Assembly: GCA_041659405.1 (NCBI GenBank)
Contig: JBAZYK010000001.1
Coordinates: 180,001 to 212,000, forward strand
DNA: 32,000 bases
Reading direction: 5' to 3'
Source: Candidatus Altimarinota bacterium
Lineage (GTDB): Bacteria > Patescibacteriota > Gracilibacteria > UBA1369
The notes under the pieces were generated by a model. The model searched no databases. It saw nothing but the letters and a program-made list of their open reading frames with translations, and had not been told where the DNA came from. A program made the translations under genes and the position numbers. Shown piece after piece: positions 1-8,612 of this stretch. Every line of letters begins with the position of its first letter. Within the stretch, counting starts at the first letter, position 1.

Positions 1-1449
1 CCGATTGAGGATAAGAATTTCTTGAAGTTTTTGGGAAAGCCCTTGTTGCTTCATCAGTTAGAGCAGCTTTCAGTTTTTTTTGATGATTTTATTGTCATTG
101 GTGGAGCACATAATCTGGAAAAAATTCGGGAGCTTTTGAATGGCTGGAAGGCGAATAAAACTGGAGGGAAGGCAAAATCCGGCAAATCTAAATTAAAATC
201 CACAGGTCCAAAATTCCAATTTGTTGAACAAAAAAATCTGGATGAGGGCATGGCCGGGGCTTTATTAAGCGCTGAAAGCTTAATCGGGAAAGAGCCGATT
301 TTGGTTGTGAGTGCGAACGATGTCGTTGAAAGTCAGGCTTATAAACTTATGCTGGAAGCGATTAAGTCTGTTGATGGCGCAAACGGCCAGGCCAAGAGTG
401 CCGCTAAAAAAAGCCAAAAAAAGCTCGTTCTGCTCGCGAAAGGAGTAGGCACTTCGGGCCAACTTGAGAGCTTTCTCATCGGCAAAAAAGTTGAAAGTTA
501 TTTCCCTGGTGGATATTTAAAAACGGCAAAAGATGGCTCCATTCAGGGCATTGTAGAAAAACCGGGCGCGGGGAATGAACCAAGTGACATGATCAATCTG
601 GTTATCCATTATCATAAAAACAGTGAAGCGTTATTAAAGGCTTTGCATAGCGTTAATTCGACTAAAGATGATAGATATGAAGTTGCGATGGACCACCTGA
701 TTAAAGCAGGTCACAAGATGAAGTCAGTGCCATATAATGGCTTCTGGCAAAGCATTAAATACCCATGGCACGTTTTAAGTTTGATGGAATATTTTTTGAG
801 AACGATTGAAGGAAACGGAGAGCGCAAGGCTCGTGGTAAAAATAAGCCCTTCATACTTGAAGGCAAAAACGTTGAAATTGCAAAAACAGCAATCATTAAA
901 GGCCCGGTTTTTCTGGATGATGGTGTAAAAGTTTTTGAAAATGCGGTGATTTCAGGTCCGGCCTATATCGGTAAAAATAGTATTGTGGCCACAAATGCTT
1001 TGGTTCGCGGATCAATGACCGGCGAAAATTGTATTATTGGGTTTAGTACAGAAGTTGCCCGCAGCTATCTTGGTGACATGGTTTGGACTCACAGTAATTA
1101 TATTGGTGATAGTGTAATTGGTAATAATGTTTCTTTTGGAGCCGGCACGGTAACTGGCAATTTACGGCTTGATGAAGGCAATATCAAGGTTAATATTACA
1201 GATGTAAGAATCGATAGTGGCCGTAATAAATTCGGTTTAATTACAGGTAATAATGTTCGCTGTGGAATCAATACAAGCTTTATGCCAGGCGTAAAAATCG
1301 GTAATAATTCCATGATTGGTGCGGGAATAATTGTGGCGGAGGATATTCCGGACAATAAATTGGTTTATGGAAAAACTGAACTTGTAATTAAAAATTATAC
1401 AGCAAAAATCGACGAAAAAAAGCGGGCAGAGATGAAGGGGAAGTTATAA
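1..1449 (+). CDS. NDP-sugar pyrophosphorylase / GlmU-like protein with C-terminal left-handed beta-helix (hexapeptide repeats), 5'-truncated
   Basis: The reading frame is open back to base 1 (PIEDKNFLKFLGKPLLLHQLEQL...), so the listed TTG start at 22 is not the true start. Nucleotidyltransferase-like N-terminus and repeats such as GPVFLDDGVKVFENAVISGPAYIGKNSIVATNALV. Confidence 0.85.
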   Translation, partial: PIEDKNFLKFLGKPLLLHQLEQLSVFFDDFIVIGGAHNLEKIRELLNGWKANKTGGKAKSGKSKLKSTGPKFQFVEQKNLDEGMAGALLSAESLIGKEPILVVSANDVVESQAYKLMLEAIKSVDGANGQAKSAAKKSQKKLVLLAKGVGTSGQLESFLIGKKVESYFPGGYLKTAKDGSIQGIVEKPGAGNEPSDMINLVIHYHKNSEALLKALHSVNSTKDDRYEVAMDHLIKAGHKMKSVPYNGFWQSIKYPWHVLSLMEYFLRTIEGNGERKARGKNKPFILEGKNVEIAKTAIIKGPVFLDDGVKVFENAVISGPAYIGKNSIVATNALVRGSMTGENCIIGFSTEVARSYLGDMVWTHSNYIGDSVIGNNVSFGAGTVTGNLRLDEGNIKVNITDVRIDSGRNKFGLITGNNVRCGINTSFMPGVKIGNNSMIGAGIIVAEDIPDNKLVYGKTELVIKNYTAKIDEKKRAEMKGKL

Positions 1450-1530
1450 ATGTGGTCGTTTTATCGCTCATGATGAGCTATAAAACTGGGGGTTTTGAGC
1501 GATAAATTCAAAGAGCCTTAATCGTGGCTT

Positions 1531-2724
1531 CTACGTATATTTCCAAAAATTCTCTTTATTGACGGAGTGCTGCGATTCAATTTTATCTTCATAAAGCTTT
1601 ATAAAAGCGATTGATGGTTTTTCAGCATGGCCATATTTAATTTCCATTGGAACCAGTTTTCCAGTCAGGTTGTTTAATAAAACAAGATCCACTTCGGCCA
1701 TATTTTTTGATCTCCAGAAAAATAGCTTGTATGGATTGCCGAAATATTGCATGTCCCAACTTAAAGTATTTACTACTAAATTTTCAAACATTGCGCCGAT
1801 ATCCGTGCGGTTTTCAGGCAGCACAAAATTGTCGATAAGTGCGTTTCTAATGCCAAGATCAGTAAAGTATATTTTAAAATTTCTGGTTACTTCTTTCCGT
1901 GGATTGCCTGAAAAAGCTTTTAAAATATGGATAATTTTAAATTTTTCACAAAGGCCCAAATATTCAACTACTGTTTTCCTGTTGATCTCCAGTTTAAGCG
2001 CAAGTTCATTTGGATTCACTTCCGATCCAATCTGCAAAGCAATCATATGCAAAAGTCGCTTGAAGACTTCAGGCATTCGTATGCCTTCCAATTCAAAAAT
2101 GTCTTTGTAAAGAAAACTGTTTATATAGTTTTTTAAAAGCTCAATTTTGGCCTCTCTGCCTTCTGTTAAAAAAACTCCCGGCATACTCCCATAAAGTAAA
2201 AAATCGTTTATTGAAGCTTCAATTTTGCCTTTATTAACAAGTTTATTGTATTTTCCAAGATTGAAATCCGCATTTAAATCCTGATTGATTTCGCGAAAAG
2301 TCAGCGGGAACATGTCCAGTTGAATGTTTCTGCCGTACAAACTGTCTCCGATATTTTTTAGCATCAAAAATGAGGCTGATCCTGTGGCAATAACTTTTAT
2401 ATTTTGGAAGTGATCGTGAATTAATTTTAAAATAGATCCGGATTTTTGCAGATGTTGGATTTCATCCAAAAGAAGCAATTTTTGTTTATTGGCTGATTGT
2501 TTTTCAGGAGATCCTAAAATATTTTCTAAAGTCGCAAGATCGGGCTTGAAAATATTCCTTGCCCCAATTTCTTCAAAATCAAAATAGATTGAATTGAAAT
2601 TTGCGCCCTGTACTCTTTTAATCTCAAAAGTCTTTCCAACCTGCCTCTGCCCGACTAAAAGTATTACTTTATTGTCTTTGGAAGCCAATAAATCGTTGAT
2701 TCTTGCCGTGATATGTCTTTGCAT
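1531..2724 (-). CDS. AAA family ATPase with DUF4143-like C-terminal domain
   Basis: Walker A GQRQVGKT, Walker B-like LLLDEIQHL, C-terminal FFWRSKNMAEVDLVL typical of the ATPase/DUF4143 family. Confidence 0.85.
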   Translation of the reverse strand: MQRHITARINDLLASKDNKVILLVGQRQVGKTFEIKRVQGANFNSIYFDFEEIGARNIFKPDLATLENILGSPEKQSANKQKLLLLDEIQHLQKSGSILKLIHDHFQNIKVIATGSASFLMLKNIGDSLYGRNIQLDMFPLTFREINQDLNADFNLGKYNKLVNKGKIEASINDFLLYGSMPGVFLTEGREAKIELLKNYINSFLYKDIFELEGIRMPEVFKRLLHMIALQIGSEVNPNELALKLEINRKTVVEYLGLCEKFKIIHILKAFSGNPRKEVTRNFKIYFTDLGIRNALIDNFVLPENRTDIGAMFENLVVNTLSWDMQYFGNPYKLFFWRSKNMAEVDLVLLNNLTGKLVPMEIKYGHAEKPSIAFIKLYEDKIESQHSVNKENFWKYT

Positions 2725-2772
2725 ATTGGTACTATAATACTAAATAAACCATCTATATTGGTATTATAATAC
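2724..2772 (-). promoter_or_regulatory. Candidate operator/promoter: two 17-nt repeats TATTGGTAYTATAATAC, 32-bp period, each containing a full or imperfect palindrome
   Basis: Copies at 2724-2740 and 2756-2772; the distal one contains the perfect palindrome GGTATTATAATACC and a -10-like TATAAT. Confidence 0.5.
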
Positions 2773-2813
2773 CACTTTCAGGCTTTTTCAAGTGAAGAAA
2801 TTGCTGGCGATAA

Positions 2814-2849
2814 AAAAATCCCACAATATAAATTCATCATGGGATTTTT
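2814..2849 (-). terminator. Rho-independent terminator-like hairpin downstream of the 2866-3462 gene
   Basis: AAAAATCCCA ... TGGGATTTTT inverted repeat just after the stop codon, with a U-run on the minus strand. Confidence 0.6.
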
Positions 2850-2865
2850 AATTAACGGAAATTTG

Positions 2866-3462
2866 TTATTTTAAACCTTTATTGAAAACTGGTGATAATC
2901 TTGAATCCACGATTTTGAAATTTTTTCTTTGAGCTACTAAATAATTTGGTCCCCCGGTTTTTACGTGAACTTCAAAAGAGTAATCTCCAGGTTCAACAGA
3001 TTTCCCACTTCCATCTTTGCCTAACCAAGTGCATGTAACTCTCCCATTGGATCTTGTTAATTTTCCTTGTGGTTTAAAGTAACTATCATAAAAAGTTTCA
3101 CTATCTGCGCAGGCATAGGCTGTAACCTTATTCAGGTTGTAGTTGTAAACCAAAAAGACTACATTATTAGTATCATTTTTAACATTCGCACTGAACGTAA
3201 CACTGCCATTTTTTAAATCAAACGGGTCTTGACTTACGATCATGTTAGTAATTACAGGTGGCGTCACCTGTAAATTACCGGCAGGTGCAACTTGATTGCT
3301 GTCAGCAGGTGCTGGCGCAGGTATCTGCACTCTGTTACTGGCAGTAATTCCGCCCAAATTACCCGTTAAATTGGAACCTTTTCCGGAAAGCATGGCTACC
3401 GCCACTAATCCCACAACAGCGATTCCGGCAACCGCAGCAAGGATAATTTTTTTGTTTTGCAT
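2866..3462 (-). CDS. Exported/membrane-anchored protein with FlgD-like Ig-type fold
   Basis: N-terminal hydrophobic segment IILAAVAGIAVVGLVAVAML, P/A/N linker, then FSANVKN...VTCTWLGKDGSGKSVEPGDYSFEV. Confidence 0.6.
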   Translation of the reverse strand: MQNKKIILAAVAGIAVVGLVAVAMLSGKGSNLTGNLGGITASNRVQIPAPAPADSNQVAPAGNLQVTPPVITNMIVSQDPFDLKNGSVTFSANVKNDTNNVVFLVYNYNLNKVTAYACADSETFYDSYFKPQGKLTRSNGRVTCTWLGKDGSGKSVEPGDYSFEVHVKTGGPNYLVAQRKNFKIVDSRLSPVFNKGLK

Positions 3463-3502
3463 TTTTGTATTGGGTTTAAAGAATAAAAAATGCTATCTTT
3501 TA

Positions 3503-3530
3503 ATTCTACATCAAAAAAAAAAAATGTCAA
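3503..3530 (-). promoter_or_regulatory. Sigma70-like promoter TTGACA-16-TAGAAT with a 12-bp homopolymer in the spacer
   Basis: Minus strand TTGACATTTTTTTTTTTTGATGTAGAAT upstream of 2866..3462. Confidence 0.55.
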
Positions 3531-3605
3531 GTCAAGCGAGGTAATAAAAATTGCACAAGGCCGGAATTGTTCGTAGACTGAAAAAGGTTTTTTTATTCGT
3601 AGCTT

Positions 3606-4400
3606 ATGAAGCTTTCTGTAATCATCGTAAATTTTAATCATAAATACTTTCCAAAAATGGCGGTGGAGGCTTTGGAAAAGAGCAAAGTGAATTTTCCTTT
3701 TGAAATTATTGTGGTTGATAATCATTCCAATGATGATGAAAGTTTGATGTTTTTGGAAAAAGCGCATGCCGAAAAGCGCATTACTTTGATAAAATCCCCT
3801 GTTAATCTTGGTTTTGGGCGCGGCAATAATTTAGGGGCGGATTATGCCACGGGCAAATATGTTTTCTTCCATAATCCGGACGTAACTGTGAAGGAAGATA
3901 GTTTGCAGAAGATGATTGATTACATGGAAAGACATCCGGATATCGGCGTTCTGGGGCCAAAACTGGTCTATGCCAGCGGACGTATTCAGGCTTCCTGCAG
4001 ACGTTTGATGAGATTTTCCGATTTGGTTTTAAATCGTACTGTTTTGGGCAAATTGCCATTTTTTAAAGCCCGTGTAAAAAATTATTTGATGGAAGATTAT
4101 GATCATGGAAAAACCCAGGATGTGGATCTGGTAACCGGGGCCGCTATTGTTATGCCACGAACTTTATTTGATAAAATCGGTGGATTTGATAAGCGTTATT
4201 TTTTGTTCATGGAAGATTTTGATCTTTGCCGAATGGCTAAAAAGGCCGGCTTTCGTGTTGTTTATTATGCCGATGCCGAACTGCAACATTATCACAAACG
4301 TTTAAGTCAGGGGTCGATTTTCAAACTCATAACCAGAAAAGTTTTCTGGCTTCATGTGGCCAGCGCTATTAAATATTTCTGGAAGTGGAGAAAGGCTTAA
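3606..4400 (+). CDS. Glycosyltransferase family 2
   Basis: MKLSVIIVNFN...IIVVDNHSNDDES...NLGFGRGNNLGADYATGKYVFFHNPDV; GT-A fold signature. Confidence 0.93.
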   Translation: MKLSVIIVNFNHKYFPKMAVEALEKSKVNFPFEIIVVDNHSNDDESLMFLEKAHAEKRITLIKSPVNLGFGRGNNLGADYATGKYVFFHNPDVTVKEDSLQKMIDYMERHPDIGVLGPKLVYASGRIQASCRRLMRFSDLVLNRTVLGKLPFFKARVKNYLMEDYDHGKTQDVDLVTGAAIVMPRTLFDKIGGFDKRYFLFMEDFDLCRMAKKAGFRVVYYADAELQHYHKRLSQGSIFKLITRKVFWLHVASAIKYFWKWRKA

Positions 4401-4460
4401 AGCAAAAAGCGCATGCGAAAGTACGGGTAAAAAATACGCGAGAAAAGCGTGACGCAGTTT

Positions 4461-5327
4461 TTACCTCTTTTCAGCCACGACAATATCCTGATAAGAAAGC
4501 CCATTTTTTGGATCTTTCCATTTTCCGGTGTGAATTTTTTGGATATGTAGTCCGTTTTGGGCGAAGAGATTTTTGACCCAACTTTCTTTGTAACCGGTCT
4601 CAGCCTCTACGCAGTCTTTATGTGAATAATAAGCCACATTTTCAAATAAATATTGGAAGTTTATGCAGTGAGTTTCGAAGCTGGATTTTTTAAAATTGGC
4701 TTCTTCGTAGGTGATTTCGCTGTCCGGTATCAGGAAGAAAGTAAAAAATACCTTTCCGCCTTTTTTTAAAACACGCGCACTTTCTTTTATGTATTGTTCG
4801 ATTTCCGCAGGAAGCATATGCGTAAAAACCGATGTCGCAAAAGCAAAGGTACATTGCTCGTTTTTGGCCGGGAATTCATATTTTTCGGAATGAATTATTC
4901 CCTTTGGATTATAAAATTGATTCTTGACGTTGGCATGCACAAAATTAAAATTGGGATGTTTTGGAGTGATATTTTCCCTGCACCAATCGATGCCTTTTTT
5001 AACAATATCGAAACCAAGATATGAACCGTTTTGGTTAATTACTTCCGTAAGAGGTAAGGCCATTCTTCCAACGCCACAGCCAATATCCAGCACATTATCA
5101 GTCGGTTTTAATCCGCCGGTTTTGACAAAAAGTTGCTTAAATTCCTGGCCAACATTTTCAAAATCCGCCGATCCTACAAAATTTAATTTTCGTGGAGGAA
5201 GACCTTTTTTCTTTTTGCCGGTGAGAGAATCGACAACATCAAGAACTGAATAATAAGCCGTTTTTAGGCTTTGCTTGAGTTTTGTTGGCAAAACATATTT
5301 TATAATTTTCTTGAAAAAGTTTTTCAT
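4461..5327 (-). CDS. Class I SAM-dependent methyltransferase
   Basis: VLDIGCGVGRMALPL motif I, TFAFATSVFTHM, YIKESARVLKKGGKVFFTFF. Confidence 0.9.
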   Translation of the reverse strand: MKNFFKKIIKYVLPTKLKQSLKTAYYSVLDVVDSLTGKKKKGLPPRKLNFVGSADFENVGQEFKQLFVKTGGLKPTDNVLDIGCGVGRMALPLTEVINQNGSYLGFDIVKKGIDWCRENITPKHPNFNFVHANVKNQFYNPKGIIHSEKYEFPAKNEQCTFAFATSVFTHMLPAEIEQYIKESARVLKKGGKVFFTFFLIPDSEITYEEANFKKSSFETHCINFQYLFENVAYYSHKDCVEAETGYKESWVKNLFAQNGLHIQKIHTGKWKDPKNGLSYQDIVVAEKR

Positions 5328-5408
5328 TTGAAATTAGTTTGAGACTAAAAACCAAGATGGTACTGAACGGCAACTGCCTGATTATGGTTATTGTGAAGCG
5401 CTTTGCAT

Positions 5409-6023
5409 CTATTTTATTTTTCCGGCGGCAAACCAACGGATGACTTCCGGATACCATAATTTTTCCAGGAATTGGACTTTTTCTTTGAGCTTTTCGGCAG
5501 TGTCACTTGGATCAATGGCAATTTTTTTCTGAACGATGATTTCGCCTGTATCTACGCCTTCATCTACAAAATGAATAGTGCAGCCCGTTTCTTTTTCGCC
5601 GGCCTTTAAGACTTCTTCATGGACATTAGCCCCAAAATGCCCGGGCCCGGAAAACTTTGGCATAAGAGCAGGGTGAACATTTATAATGCGGCGCGGGAAT
5701 TGACGCACAAAAGCAGGCGTTAGAATGCGCATGTAGCCGACCAAAACCACTAAATCAACTTCATGCTCTTTTAAAATGCGGGCAAGTTCTTCATCGTATT
5801 CTTCACGTGTTTTTAAAGCCCCATCAGACTTTTTGGGATCAATAAAAAGCGTTTTAAATCCCTGCGCCTGTGCACGTTCAAGTGCGTAAGCATTTTTTTT
5901 ATTACTAACAACAATCGTCAATTCAATGCCGGGCATTTTTCCATTTTTAATCTGCTCGATAATGGCTTGCAGATCTGTCCCTTTGGTTGAGGCTAAAACG
6001 CCGATTTTAAAATTTTTCATCAT
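5409..6023 (-). CDS. purN: Phosphoribosylglycinamide formyltransferase
   Basis: FKIGVLASTKGTDLQAII, GYMRILTPAFVRQFPRRIINVHPALMPKFSG, GCTIHFVDEGVDTGEIIVQK. Confidence 0.93.
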   Translation of the reverse strand: MMKNFKIGVLASTKGTDLQAIIEQIKNGKMPGIELTIVVSNKKNAYALERAQAQGFKTLFIDPKKSDGALKTREEYDEELARILKEHEVDLVVLVGYMRILTPAFVRQFPRRIINVHPALMPKFSGPGHFGANVHEEVLKAGEKETGCTIHFVDEGVDTGEIIVQKKIAIDPSDTAEKLKEKVQFLEKLWYPEVIRWFAAGKIK

Positions 6024-6066
6024 GAATCGATATTACGCTTTTCTATTTGAAAGTTCTATTTCTTCT

Positions 6067-6972
6067 TTAATCGATCTCATTTTTCTTCAATGGTGGTAAA
6101 CCCAATTTTTTGCGAATGGTTAAGCCTGTTGGCGTAACTGCAAGTCCACCAAGTGCGGTTTCACGCAATTTTGGTGACATAATTTTGGCAATGTTATTCA
6201 TGGCCATAATAACATCATCCAAGGGAATGAAACTTTCTATTCCGGCAATGGAAGCATCGGATGCAGCGCAAGCCGCAGATGCGCCAAGCATGTTTCGCTT
6301 AATGCAAGGCACTGCCACCAAACCACCGAGTGGGTCGCAAACCAGTGCCAAATAGCTTTTTAAGGCCATTGCTGCTGCATTACAAGCCTGCTGCGGTGTT
6401 CCTCCACGTAATTCGGTTAAAGCGGCCGTGGCCATTGTAACAGCGGCTCCAACCTCGGCCTGGCATCCTCCGGCCGCCGCAGAAAGTGTGGCATTTTCAG
6501 CAATCAAAATACCAATTGCCGATGCGGTAAAAAGGGCTTTAATTACTTTTTCTTCAGAGTATTTACATTCTTCTTCCGCCGCCAATAAAACTCCAGGAAC
6601 TACACCTGCGCCTCCGGCTGTTGGGAAAGCCACAATTCTACCCATGGCGGAATTGGTTTCGCCAGTGGCTGTGGCATAGGCCATCGCTTTAATTACAAGT
6701 GGCGGCATAATCAGCTTCTTTTTGTCTTTCAAAGCTTTCATAAGCTTTGCAGCGCTTCCACCAGCCATATTAAACGCAGACATTTCGGGCTTTTTGATGG
6801 CTTTGGAAACGGCATCCCACATCACAGTGTGTGTTTTTTTCATTTTGGCGATAACCTCTTCCCTCTTTTTTCCGGAAAAACTCATTTCATAATGAATTGC
6901 CACTTCACCAATGCTCATTTTGTGCTTTTTGCAGAGGTTTAATAGTTGTTTAGCCGTTTGGAATGAATACAT
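6067..6972 (-). CDS. sdaAA: L-serine ammonia-lyase, iron-sulfur type, alpha subunit
   Basis: PTAGGAGVVPGVLL, EAEVGAAVTMATAALTELRGGTPQQACNAAAMALKSYLALVCDPLGGLVAVPCIKRN. Confidence 0.93.
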   Translation of the reverse strand: MYSFQTAKQLLNLCKKHKMSIGEVAIHYEMSFSGKKREEVIAKMKKTHTVMWDAVSKAIKKPEMSAFNMAGGSAAKLMKALKDKKKLIMPPLVIKAMAYATATGETNSAMGRIVAFPTAGGAGVVPGVLLAAEEECKYSEEKVIKALFTASAIGILIAENATLSAAAGGCQAEVGAAVTMATAALTELRGGTPQQACNAAAMALKSYLALVCDPLGGLVAVPCIKRNMLGASAACAASDASIAGIESFIPLDDVIMAMNNIAKIMSPKLRETALGGLAVTPTGLTIRKKLGLPPLKKNEID

Positions 6973-7009
6973 TTTTTTAAATTAATGATTAGTAATGAGT
7001 AATTTGAGA

Positions 7010-7720
7010 TTATTTCTCCGGGCTGGTTAATGACCTTACATCAGCGATTCCTGGCAAATCTTCCAATTTAAAAATTTCGGTTAATTTTAAATCACGACCT
7101 TCCATGTTAATGATCGACAAAGCGTGATGATCAACGGTGGCAGTTTGAATATCGTGAATGCGGAATCCATATTTCTTGATTGCGGCACAAAGATTATCAA
7201 GATCTTTCTGGGCGTTTTTATGCCAAACAACCAGAGTTTTAAATTGTCCGGCAACACCGTGAAGATTCACTTTAAACTGGTCAATTTTTACAACCTTGAT
7301 CATTCCTCCACCTAATGAAGAACCAATTATCACCATTGGTTTGCGATCCCATTTTTCCAGAATAACTTTCACGGTATTTGGATGATACTCCGGCCCTAAA
7401 TCGGCAGTTTTAAATTCATATTCGATTCCGGCGTTTTTGGCCAAATCAAAAGAATTTTTAATGCGAGGATCGGATGTTTTGAATTTCATAATTCCCGCGA
7501 CCAAAGCCCGATCTGTGGCATGTCCCTTATAAACTGTGGCAAAAGATCCATGCAAAATAAAAGTAACTTTTTCGGGCGTGCCATGAAAAAGTGCACGGGA
7601 GATTTGGCCAATTTTGCAGGCACCGGCAGTATGTGAACTGGATGGACCGACCATAATCGGCCCGGCGATATCAAAAACGGAATAACGATGCGGAGCTGAT
7701 GAAGTCTTGATTTCGGACAC
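7010..7720 (-). CDS. sdaAB: L-serine ammonia-lyase, iron-sulfur type, beta subunit, with C-terminal ACT-like region
   Basis: FDIAGPIMVGPSSSHTAGACKIG, HGSFATVYKGHATDRALVAG, adjacent to sdaAA. Confidence 0.92.
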   Translation of the reverse strand: MSEIKTSSAPHRYSVFDIAGPIMVGPSSSHTAGACKIGQISRALFHGTPEKVTFILHGSFATVYKGHATDRALVAGIMKFKTSDPRIKNSFDLAKNAGIEYEFKTADLGPEYHPNTVKVILEKWDRKPMVIIGSSLGGGMIKVVKIDQFKVNLHGVAGQFKTLVVWHKNAQKDLDNLCAAIKKYGFRIHDIQTATVDHHALSIINMEGRDLKLTEIFKLEDLPGIADVRSLTSPEK

Positions 7721-7857
7721 TTTTTAGTTGGTAATTAAAAAGTAGTAATTAGTAGGTTTGAAGAGCTTTGGCTTTTAGTTTACGAATAAACGGGCTATTG
7801 AGCAAGTAATTTTTCGTAAACCTGCCAATTAAATTGTTTTTATTTGCCTTTACCACC

Positions 7858-7891
7858 AAGTAATACTAAAATGTAGTTAAGTAATACTAAA
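7858..7891 (+). promoter_or_regulatory. Candidate TA operator: direct repeats AAGTAATACTAAA with a 21-bp period
   Basis: Exact 13-nt copies at 7858-7870 and 7879-7891, ending 10 nt before the antitoxin ATG. Confidence 0.5.
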
Positions 7892-7901
7892 TATATTAAA
7901 A

Positions 7902-8156
7902 ATGACTACTATTTCATTTAAAGCGGACGAAAAACTCAAAAATAAGCTGGAAACAGTTGCTAAAGACAAAGGGATCAATACCTCGGCTTATATTAAGCTG
8001 ATTCTTACCAAAGAAGTGAACAATGAACTTGCGACTTTAACTTCAAATGGGCTAACTGTTGCTGAAGAAATGGAAATCCTCAAGTCTGCCGAAAGTGATA
8101 AAAAATATGGACCTTTTGATAACGTTAAAGATTTGCTCAAAAGCTTAAAAAAATAA
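7902..8156 (+). CDS. Type II antitoxin, RelB/DinJ-like
   Basis: TTISFKADEKLKNKLETVAKDKGINTSAYIKLILTKEV (ribbon-helix-helix-like), directly upstream of a toxin-like ORF. Confidence 0.85.
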   Translation: MTTISFKADEKLKNKLETVAKDKGINTSAYIKLILTKEVNNELATLTSNGLTVAEEMEILKSAESDKKYGPFDNVKDLLKSLKK

Positions 8157-8165
8157 GCTTCAAAA

Positions 8166-8423
8166 ATGAAAATAACTTACACTGAAAGATTCAAGAAAAA
8201 CTTTAATAAATTGCCTGTAGAAATCCAGAATCGTTTTAGTGAACGTCTTGAAATTTTCATTCAAAATCCCGATTATCCTTTACTCAGGGTTCATCCACTA
8301 AAAGGTAACCTGGCTGGGCTTAGAGCATTTTCAATTACCGGTGATTACCGGGCCATCTACTTTAAAATACATAAAGAAGCCATTGAATTTGTTGATATCG
8401 GCACCCACAATCAGGTTTACTGA
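8166..8423 (+). CDS. Type II toxin, RelE/YafQ-superfamily mRNA interferase-like
   Basis: YTERFKKNFNKLPVEIQNRF...HPLKGNLAGLRAFSITGDYRAIYF...FVDIGTHNQVY. Confidence 0.88.
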   Translation: MKITYTERFKKNFNKLPVEIQNRFSERLEIFIQNPDYPLLRVHPLKGNLAGLRAFSITGDYRAIYFKIHKEAIEFVDIGTHNQVY

Positions 8424-8572
8424 TGCTCCCTTTTAGCAAGCCGCATAAGTTTCGGTTGTGATCCTATCAAATCAATAAAATAACAATATCGATGGAGTAT
8501 GATCGAAACTTTTAAAGCATTTGCCGGCTTAGCTGTTGAGGAAGAAATGAAAATACTTGCCGCAATCGTTTC

Positions 8573-8609
8573 AAAATGATACAATTATCTTATAAAATGA
8601 TACAATTAT
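8573..8609 (+). promoter_or_regulatory. Candidate Fic-gene operator: direct repeats AAAATGATACAATTAT, 21-bp period
   Basis: Exact 16-nt copies at 8573-8588 and 8594-8609, immediately before the ATG at 8613. Confidence 0.5.
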
Positions 8610-8612
8610 AAA

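Noticed and set aside
22-24. TTG as the start codon of the first ORF
   Set aside because: The frame is open to base 1 with homologous-looking residues PIEDKNF; the gene is truncated by the window edge.
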